A stretch of DNA of 64,000 bases, taken from NCBI RefSeq assembly GCF_036321535.1, contig NC_087437.1:17052001-17116000 (forward strand), in the 5' to 3' direction. The translations under genes were made by a program, and so were the position numbers. The stretch comes from Camelus dromedarius. Its lineage: Eukaryota. Positions 54,310 through 64,000 of this stretch are shown here, piece by piece. The notes below the pieces were generated by a model. It was not told the origin of the DNA. It did not search any database and saw only the letters and a program-made list of their open reading frames with translations. The number at the start of each line of letters is the position of its first letter. The stretch's first letter is position 1.

Positions 54310-55720
54310 AATTATGAGAAGTGGGGAAAGATGAATTATTCAGTAAATAACTTTGGTACAACTAGGTGTTCATTACAAAAAAAAAAAATCAGGTAAGTAT
54401 TGTACCTTGCAACAAAACAAATTCCTAATGAAATCAAAACACTTAAAAAAATACTCAACCAAAAAAGAAATAGCAGACAACATGGGAGAATATTCTCAGA
54501 CTGGAGAAGTCTTTTTCTAAACACAATTTTAAAAAGTCAGAAGTCATAAAAGACCAACAAAATCAACCATTATAAAAGCAATTTTTTGTATTAAAAAACA
54601 CACTAAAAGCAAAGTCAAAAGAGTAACAACAGGGTTTGGCTTCTACTTAGAACATAGAAGGCTGCAAATAATGAGAGTAAGCTGAATCAGCATAAAAAAT
54701 ATCAATGCTTTTCTTGAGCCCACCTTGAGCTGAAATAACTAAACCTTCCAAGAAAAGATGAGACATACAAACTCTATCATCTGTGGCAGAGCCTAAGAAG
54801 AAAAGGCACACCACCATAAAAATGGTAAGAAATCAGGCAAAATGTTAACAAACTGTCAACGACCAAATGTGGGCTAATTTGTCAGTGTTGAATAACAAAG
54901 AATTTGCACTCACTCCAAAGCTCTTTTTTCAGTTCACCACAGGTTTCAATCAGGTACTTAAAACAAAGCCTGAGGCAGCAGAAAAGAGAGAACCTCTCTT
55001 GATACAGGCCTACAGGCGATGATCCTCAGTTGCTGAGGGAAAGGAAAGAAGCACAGCTCACTTCTCTAGACCTTCCTCTCCTACAAGCACTTCTCCAGAT
55101 TCTTCTCTCCTACAAGCCAGAAGCCTTAATTTGATGGGGGAGGGTCAGCAAACTGAGTCACCACCATGGCATGGCAAAGACCCACCACAGCTAGAAGAAG
55201 GGTCAAGAAAAAAATCTTCTACCTGTGGGAGAAGGAAACACAACACTGTCCTGGACCCTGAATTCTATACCAGTAACAACAGAAGTCGGCTAGCATTAGG
55301 AGAGGGACAGGAAAGTCCCACTCACAGCCAACCACAGATCAGGCAAAGTTTAGCTGCTATGGGAAAGAGGGCCAGGAAAGCTTAGAAGGCCCTTAAGTAG
55401 CTTCAGGCCCAGCAGGAATGCTTAAGATTTTGGCAGGGCTAGAACAAAAGAGAATCCCCATGCCCTCATCACAGCACAAGGCAAAAAGCCACACCACTCT
55501 ATGCTTAGGGGAAGGGGCAAAAGTATAGAGTAGCTGTGCTCTCTGGCACAGGGTGCAGAGAGCTGAAAGCTGAGGGTGTAGCACAAATACTGAGCAAAAA
55601 CCTCTGGTATCCTAAGCACAAGGCAACAGTGGCCTACCACTGGAGAAATCTGAAACCCGTGGTATACTGAAAGTAATGATAGCAACGATAGAACACAAAC
55701 CTAGCTCAATTCCTAACTAG
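54310..55720 (+). mobile_element. Old L1 fragments (ORF2 end; L1MC/MD-like 5'UTR from ~54630)
   Basis: ttattcagtaaataactttggtacaact; ctagctcaattcctaactag. Confidence 0.55.
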
Positions 55721-56455
55721 TCTGAAAAAGTATACAGTTTTACCCTATTAATTTTTATATCATGTGCAAATATTGTGATTAAAAGGAGAAACATGGGAAA
55801 AGGAAGATCTCCCATATCTCCCATAGAAAAGACAGTTTCTTGCTTTACTCTAATATTAGTTATAAATTTCTCTCTGTTATACACACTTATACATGCCAAG
55901 TAAAAAGGATTGTTCAATTAATGATGGGCAGTAGAGTACTGAAAACCAGCTTGCTTCAAAAAGCAGTGATTTCTTTTTTCAAGATAGCTAAGTAAATGAA
56001 ATACGGTAATAAAATGAAGACAATAATCAAGTAGCCTAAATGCCTTATCTACAACTGATGTTTAGGTTCTTTAAGGGCAGTCTAATTAGAATGTTTTGCA
56101 CAAGGAATTAATTGATAACTTAATAAAAAGGTAAACCATATTAAATAAAAAACAGGTATAGAAAAGCATAAAGAAGCTCAGGGTAGGTAGAATATTAGGC
56201 AGAAATATGTAAGAAAGCAATTCCTCTAAGTTCAGGTGAATAAAAGGGGAGAAATCTCCATACAGCAAACTAGAACATAATATGGCTAGCATTCGTATGG
56301 TATATATTTTTCACATATATAATCTTGTATTATCCAGACACTGTGGTGAATCTTGGTATGTATAAAGATTAGAAAAAATATGTTTTTAAGAACTTGTCTT
56401 AGGTCATAGAGCTACACGGTCTTGATTCTCGAATTATAAAATCCAGGTATTCTCA

Positions 56456-56592
56456 GGAGGAAGGTATAGCTCAGTGGCAGAGTGCATGCCTAGCATGCAT
56501 CGGGTCCTGGGTTTAATTCCTAGTATCTCCATTAAAAAATAAATAAACCCAATTACCTCTCCTCAAAACAAAAATTTAAAAATGTTTAAAAA
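56456..56592 (+). mobile_element. Vic-1-type tRNA-Ala-derived SINE, copy 1
   Basis: A box tagctcagtggcag, degenerate B box ggtttaattcc, aaataaataaacccaattacc tail. Confidence 0.85.
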
Positions 56593-56595
56593 GGA

Positions 56596-56735
56596 GGGGA
56601 GGGTATAACTCAAGTGGTAGAGCGCATGCTTAGCATTGCCAAGGCCCTGGGTTCAATCCTCAGTACCTCCTCTAAAAATAAATAAAAACCTAATTCCCTC
56701 TCTCCCACTCCTCCAAAAAAATAACTTAAAAAATT
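56596..56735 (+). mobile_element. Vic-1-type tRNA-Ala-derived SINE, copy 2
   Basis: ggggagggtataactcaagtggtagagcgcatgcttagc...ggttcaatcc.cagtacctcc plus A-rich tail. Confidence 0.88.
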
Positions 56736-57319
56736 TTTTTTCATGTATTCTGTACTTTACAATGGAGCTTCACCTGGCTTACTCCAGTAACCTTGGAGGA
56801 CAGAAGTGTTGTCTAGTGAATACTCTTCTAAGGGAGGAAAACTGGGGTTCTGCTCTGAAACAGAGAGCAAGAAACTACTGGAAAAGTCTATTTTAGAAAT
56901 TTTGGGGACAATGACTTGGGGGTGGGGGAGGGTAAGGGTGTCAAGCTTCAGGGACAAGAGCCAACAACAAAAATGAGAAGACTGAGAGCCTCTGACTGCG
57001 ATTAGAACAACAATCTTATAAAAGGTCCACTGCAAAGTAGAGTTCATGCACCTAGCACAGGCTAACTACCTAATCCTCTAGCATCTGGTATTTGGACAGG
57101 CAAAGTGGTAACAAACTGTAGATATCTGAAGAAATAAAACATTCTCTAAGAGTAAATCCAAGAGACTTGACTTTTAACCCAGTTGATGGGACATCACACA
57201 AAAAGTTACAAACTCTTGGTGAATCATGGCTTTTGGTTACCTAATTTCAACAGATTTACCCAACGATATATACCACTATTGCTTAAAACAGTGATTTGCA
57301 AATAATTCTTTAGAGAAAC

Positions 57320-58390
57320 TATCCATCCATCCAGTCATCTGCCCATTCACCTATTCATACATTCATTAAGCAACAAATGTGCTCTGGCACTGTATCAGGT
57401 CCCTGGACACACAAAGATGAGCAGAGCAAGGATTTTCTTCTAAGAGTTTCTGATTCATAGTTTTTTCCAGCTTTACTGATGATATATAACATTGTATAAG
57501 TTTAAGGTATATAGCATGCTGATTTGATATACTTATATATTGCAAAATGATTACCACCATAGCACTAGCTAACATCTCCAACTCATCACATTATTCATTT
57601 CTTTCCTTTTTTTTTTTTGGTGAGAACATTTAATATCTATTCTTTTAGCAAGTTTCAAGTATGTGATCCATACTATTAATTATAATCAGTATGTTGTACA
57701 TTAGATTTCCAGAACTTATTTATCTTATAAGTGCAAGTTTATACTCTTTGACCAACTTTTCCCCCATTTCCCCCATCCTCCAGAGAACTTCTATTTTAAA
57801 TGTGTAAACATTTTTAAAAAGTAAGGGAATTAAATACAATGACAGTAACTTTATAAGAGTATGTAGTACTTAGAAAGGATTGTCAATTCTCGGCAGAAGC
57901 AATTAGGTAGGGGAAACGTGGTTAGCAGCATTCTAGGCTGTAACATTAACGAAGGCCTATAAACAAAGCTACAACAATGGGACCATACGACTGCTTTAAG
58001 TCTGTCAACCTAAAACAAACTCTGTGGTTTGTAATCAAGAAGAAAGATGGGGCTGGATCAAGGCTAAGGAAGCTAAACTCAATGGGTGGCCAATGAAGGA
58101 TTTTCATCAACAGATAAGCTTTAAAAAATATTTCTGGTTCCAGTGTGGAAAACAGTCAGAGGAAAAGGTGAAGGAAATGGAGCAAAGGTGACATACCACT
58201 GCAACAGATCCAAAAACAAAAGGGTGATGGCAGAAAGAGTTTAGACTAAGATAGAAACAATAAACAAAATGGGAGGGATGTGGTATTCAACTATTAAAGA
58301 AATAAAATCTACAGAAGTAAGTGACTGATTAGACAAAAATGACTTCTGTTTCTGGTGTGGTCTTCTCAGTGGGTTTATTCACATCAGGAA
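57320..58390 (-). mobile_element. L2 3' region interrupted by an L1 3' end (~57460-57785)
   Basis: cattcattaagcaacaaatgtgctctggcactgtatcagg; L1 ccagctttactgatgatatataacattgtataagtttaagg. Confidence 0.7.
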
Positions 58391-59059
58391 ACAAAGAATT
58401 CTTTACCTCTGACTCCTGTAGAAAGCATAACTCTTGTTTAGGAATGCCTAATTAGTATGTCTCATAAGAAGAGACTGATGCCCTTTAATTCATAAATGAT
58501 ATAGAATATCCTATTTCCAGACTTCAGGCCACACTAGCATCTACATTCAAAATAAATACAAAATTTCAGGAACAAAATCATCAATTGATACTAAAACCAT
58601 TAAGTGGCCAGTTGGCATAAGCAGAATGTTAACAAAGTGCCAAATTATTTCAGACTTGCAAAGGGAAATAGTTTTACAAAAAGATTCAAAGGTCATCACC
58701 TTAAACAAGTGACCAATCTTAGCATCACTAACAAGTGGACAACCTGATATTATGAGCTACCTACTATGACACAACATTAAGTATGCAGCACATATGACAT
58801 TATCTTGCCAAAAAATGTAAATGTAATCTAATAAAGGAATTATATCTAATTTTCAGTTACAAAATATAGAAGATAAAGGAATAAGTTAAATGATAACATG
58901 AGAGGAAAAAAACCCCAGATAAATAAAAATATAGAGTGTTTTTTTTTTTAAGACAACTAAAAGTTAATGTCATGCAAACAAAAAATAGTATGGGAACTCT
59001 TATGTTTTGAAAAAGTCCTGAAAACACAACAATCAAATTCAATATATAAATCAGTGCGC

Positions 59060-59480
59060 TTTTGTCATATTGGCTTCTTTGTTGTCTCTCTAATATGCCA
59101 GGTACACTTCTTCCTAGGGGCCATTTGTCCTTGCTGTTTTCTCTTCTGCCTATATATATATATATATAAGGTTGCTCCATCACCTTCTTCAAGAATTTAC
59201 ATAAAGTCACATTCTTGGAGGGTTTTCCAGATCATTCTATTTAAAACAATCCTTCCTCTCTCAATCTCTTCACTCTTTTCTATTTTTCACAGCATTTACC
59301 ATCATTTGCCATACCATGATATTTTGCCTATGTATGTTATTCACTGGATTTTCCCTCAAATAAAATGTAAATTCCATGAGGACTGGGATTTTAGCTTGGT
59401 ATATTAAGTGGTACGTTCTTCATGCTTGGAATAATTAACAGACACTCAAATATTTCTTGATCAAATTAATGAATCATCAT
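59060..59480 (+). mobile_element. L2 3' end
   Basis: aaatgtaaattccatgaggactggg...acactcaaatatttcttga. Confidence 0.7.
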
Positions 59481-61714
59481 AAAAATGATACTGTCAAAAT
59501 GAGCCTAAAATAATGGTAAGCTTTTCTAAATGATTCCTATAGATATTTCTCTCCTTAATCAATCATAAATTTTGACAACTTGTGTTTCCTTAGCCACAGA
59601 CAGAAATTAGGAAAATATATAAAGTCAAAAAGCAATGGAAATACCAATATCATTCCTTTTAAATATGTCCTACTCTAAAAATGACATCAACAAGTTACAA
59701 CAAGTTACAGAAGTGCCACCAAATGTCTGGCCTCTACTCTCATCCATGAATCTTCACAAACATTTCAAGAAGAGAGGTAAATGATCTATCAGTGAGTTTA
59801 TAAGAAAAAAATGCTTACAAAAATCAAGATATTAATTACCTCTGAGGAGAAGCAATGGAATGGGAGAATGGAGGCACATAGGTATTTCAGTATTATTAGT
59901 AATATTTCAGTTCTTAAGTTGGGGGTGGGAGATTTACATTTCTTACACATGTTACATAGATTCTTCGTGTGTAACAAATAACATACTTTTTTTTTTTTAA
60001 ATGGGTGCACTAAAAAGTGACTGAAACAATCCACAGTAACATTTTTGAGAATATCAAGTTCCTAAAATCACCAGAAGAAATTTCAAATTCTGGAGCAGCA
60101 TTATCAAAATTATCACAATGTTGTAGTCAGTGTTTAGGATGTAAAAATCACACATGTGAGTTTACATATCACAGTGATTAGCAGAGTTCTTCATTTTAAT
60201 TTTTCCTCAGACAGTCAGAATGCATAATAACTTTGTGCCAGGGGAACAAAGAAAAGGGTGTATTTCTCATCCTTGAAAAGATTCTGTAGAAAACATTTAT
60301 ATGAAACAAAACCCTTAGTGGCTTAAATAAAATTTATCATTAAATATATCCCTTGAACTTTCATTTTTAAGTTCTACTGTGCACTTAAAAACAACAAAAA
60401 AAACCCCATAAAGATTATTTAGACAGATTATTTTGGCTGACTGCCATAATGTAATTAAAGAGAAATTGCTCTTTACTATCAGACCCATGCTAATTAAGTC
60501 CAAACTAACGCTTCCAACTTTGGCAAAACCTTACACTTTTAAAGTATTAGGAAATTCGTTTGACCCACAGAGATACATATGCCAAGAAAGAAACAATGTA
60601 AAAGTACATTTAGAAAGAACAACTCTACAAGTCAACACAACAAAAATGTTAGTATAATCTTAATCATCTCTATCTCCAGCATTTATCTAGGATGCTGTCT
60701 GGTATGCTTAGGAGCACAACAATGTTTTGAGGATGGCTTATTTATTAGTATTAAATCAAATCTCCTATTTCTAGTCTATAAGGCTTTCTATATTTTCGCT
60801 CTCTCCAGTTTAAGTCTCTCTCACTGTTTCCTCTTATACATCCTAAACTCCATTGTCTCTGTAAGCTCCTTCCTGGTTTTTCTGTGAACTTTATATTTAT
60901 CTTTGAAAGTCTAGTTTTAGAGCTAAATATTATGTGAAGCTCTCATATCTCAGATAATTAACTCATCTTTTGGGTTCTCATTGGGTCTTATATTTCTTAA
61001 CTATTGAACTTGTCAAGGTACTACTGCTATTAGTTTACAAAGCTCTTCCCATTCAGAACGTGAACTCACTGTCTAGAGCTATAATTTTGTTGATCTCTAA
61101 ATATATAGCTCCTAACTAAAAGTTAGACATATATTAAGTTCAATAAATGTATACATAACAAAAACAGAAAGAAATTAATCTCATATAAGTTTGAAATACC
61201 AAACAGTTCATCTATTTAACACTTGTTAAAATTAAAAGTTATACCTACAATAAATGTACATCATTTGTATCACAATAAAATTATGTTTTGTAGGTATGTT
61301 TTAAAACTGAATGATAAATTCTTAAAATTACCATAAAGTAATTATAAACTCAATATATAGCTGATCATGACTAATCCAGATGGGCATTTAATCTACCCTC
61401 CACTGATATAAATGTTACTGTTCAGTCAGACTTTGGTTTATGAGTATCTTATTTAAGCATTTCTCCTAATAAAAGTGAACACCTCAGCAAACACAATCTA
61501 AAAAGATTTAATATTAATCAATTGAATGTAACTGGTCCTTTAAAAAATACTAGTTTAATCCCATAACTCATTCAGCCAGTCCTAAGACACTGATAATAAC
61601 CACCACCAAAAATTTATTATATAACTGAAGGTGTCCAAGTGGAAAAAGCACAACTGTTACTTGAACACCCTTCCTTAGCTATTTCAGATTATACATTTAG
61701 AGTTATATTCTAGG

Positions 61715-61970
61715 CACAATACAGTAGTGCCTATGAGTGTGAACTTAGGCGCTATATGATCTGGGTTCAATTCCTAGCTTTGTCATTTACTGACTGTGTG
61801 ATCTCAGGCAAGTTTCTTAACCCTCTTTGCCTCAATTTTCTCATCTGTGAAAAGGAGATAATAATAATATAAAAGACCTATCTCATAAGAACACTGTGAG
61901 AATTATATGTACAGGACTTACAACAGTGCCTAGCACATACTATGTAGCTGTATGTATTTGCTACTATTAT
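61715..61970 (+). mobile_element. MIR SINE, near full length
   Basis: ctgggttcaattcctagc...ctgtgtgatctcaggcaagtttcttaaccctctttgcctcaattttctcatctgtgaaaagg. Confidence 0.88.
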
Positions 61971-63400
61971 TTTTCAACATGTTTCCTCTTGTCTCCAATA
62001 TATTTACACTGCAAAATTTGGTGGTAATGTTATTTCCTGTTTTACACCTTTTCACATTATAAATTGGTTACAATTTCTTGAGTCTTCATTAGTTTTCTAC
62101 ACAATTACTCCTTTGTCTTGGCACTTCTCATTTTGAATTTTGCTTCCTTTAATATCTTGTTTACCTTCCTCAATTTGGAACAGTCTCCAAAGTGATACAG
62201 ATAACACAAACTGAGTGGTGTATTGCAAGAAAGTATTAGAACTTCTCTTTACTTTTATCTAAAAATAAGAAATAAATTATTACAAATATTAAGTACACAG
62301 AATAAGTTTGGTATGTCCTCACTAGGTACATAATTTCAGACTATTTTGTGTCACAGATAGTATTTGAGGTATCTAGGAGAATAAGAAGAGTTATATGCTT
62401 TAAGGGACTGATAAATGGAACTCTTCACTGGTTTGTTCATTTTGTAAGTTACTTAAGACACTGCAATGAATTTATGATTTACATTATTTAACTATTCACA
62501 AAATGGAAATGCATAGGTTTCTAGAGAAAACAGACACAAAAACAAAAATCTGAATATGTAATCACAAGTGAATAATAAGAAATGGTGGCAATGACACTTC
62601 TTGCACAAGCTCTTCTTAGACCACTATAAAAAAGTTAAAGCCATGATGATGATCTAGTAAGATCTGACAAGAAATAACCTAGGAATATGTGCATTTAATT
62701 CTATAATAAACTATTATTTCAAACTTCAAACTATTCTATAATAAACAAGAACTACACACGCAGTCAACTGATCACCAAAAATCAAAGGAAAACAAAATCT
62801 TTACCTATTTTTATTTATTAGGTGTTTAGGGAATGGACTTAGTTCAGAACTAAGAAGTCTGGAACAATCACCAAGAAGCTACTTCTTAAGCACTGTTCCT
62901 ACAAAATAAGAACTCTAACTAGCATGTTGGGAAAAAGTATAGGAAAGATGGAGATGAGAAGAGAAGAATTTTACGTATAAAATTAGCCTTATGATAAGTT
63001 TTCCCTATTACGACTACAGGCTGAAAAGTGTTTTATTGATGGGATGTACGATCAAAAAAAGTTTAAAGACTTTAATTTGGGACTGGAGAAAATTTCACCT
63101 TTCCTTTACAACATTTTGGCATTTATTTATATTTTCTCAGTTTGCATGCTATTTAACCATTGTTACAGTCTTAGTATTTTTAGTATTATGACTAATAAAT
63201 GCTCAAATGAATAAACAAATGAAAAATTCTACACTTAAGTTTAAATAAATTCACAGAAGCATACATAATTCAAAATAAGATGAGAAAAAAGCTACAAATT
63301 GTAATTAGTCATTAAAAAAGAACATAATACAGAAAATCTCTATAATTGTGAGCAAAGCAATACCGTAACACAGATAAGAATTAAAGGCACTAAGTGAATA

Positions 63401-63895
63401 CAGTTGACCTCTGAACAACATGGGCTTGAACTGTGTGAGTCCACTCATACACAATTTTTTCAATAAATAATTGAAAATTTTTAGAAGATTTGCGAAAATT
63501 TGAAGAAACTTGCAAACCATATAGCCTATATATCAAAAAAATTAAGAAAATGATATGTTAGGAATGCATAAAATAATATAGATACTATTTATATTATTAC
63601 TACCATGAAATACACATAAATCTATTATAAAAAGGTTAAAATATATCAAAACTTACCTATATAAACACTTACAGACTGTCACATGGCATCATTTGCAGTT
63701 GGGAGAAATGTAAACAAATGTAAAGATGCAATATTAAATCATAACTGCATAAAATTACGTATAGTACAAACTATATTACAGTCATAGTAACTTCCTATTC
63801 CTATTATAGTGAGTATGTGCTTAAAATGCTGTGTGACACCAATCATATCCACGTGAGCAGTGCATTTCTTTAATAAACTGTGTATTGCAGTACAT
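63401..63895 (+). mobile_element. Tigger2-like DNA transposon, left part
   Basis: TA followed by cagttgacctctgaacaacatgggcttgaactg TIR and a Tigger2-like interior. Confidence 0.85.
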
Positions 63896-63905
63896 CTCCT
63901 GACCA

Positions 63906-64000
63906 GGGGCCAAGATGGCAGAGTAGAAAGATCCTGAGTTCACCTCCTCTCAAGAGCACCCCAAAACCACAAATATCTGCAGAACAACCATCTATGAAAA
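63906..64000 (+). mobile_element. 5' end of an L1 (5'UTR start), continuing beyond the window
   Basis: ggggccaagatggcagagtag: G-run plus the YY1-type CAAGATGGC motif typical of L1 5' termini. Confidence 0.75.

Noticed and set aside
56456..56670. tRNA-Ala genes
   Set aside because: A/B boxes are present but followed by SINE body and A-rich tails, with broken stems
58857..59407. 146-aa and 117-aa ORFs, and the other short ORFs in the track
   Set aside because: They overlap L1/L2 relics or AT-rich low-complexity DNA, have F/I/L/K-biased composition and no recognisable domain

Overview
AT-rich mammalian genomic DNA lying entirely inside the STAG1 gene (cohesin subunit SA-1), which runs on the minus strand. 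Eight internal coding exons (51680 down to 3249; 957 nt, 319 codons) splice with canonical GT-AG sites and consistent phases. They encode residues ~158-476 and match human STAG1 as I recall it; the exon numbering 7-14 is also from memory. Two tRNA-Ala-derived Vic-1-type SINEs point to a camelid genome. The introns hold L1, L2, MIR, MaLR/ERVL and DNA-transposon relics; family names are by eye and repeat boundaries are approximate unless TIRs or TSDs are given. Most notable: (1) a 329-bp TTAA-flanked piggyBac-type MITE with 13-bp TIRs and 19-bp subterminal repeats; (2) a tailed, TSD-flanked retrocopy of the 3' end of 28S rRNA nested in an L1; (3) candidate STAG1 alternative exons (a 168-nt poison exon and a 30-nt in-frame microexon); (4) several short L1-mediated insertions of unusual cargo. 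I found no evidence for a wholly new gene system.
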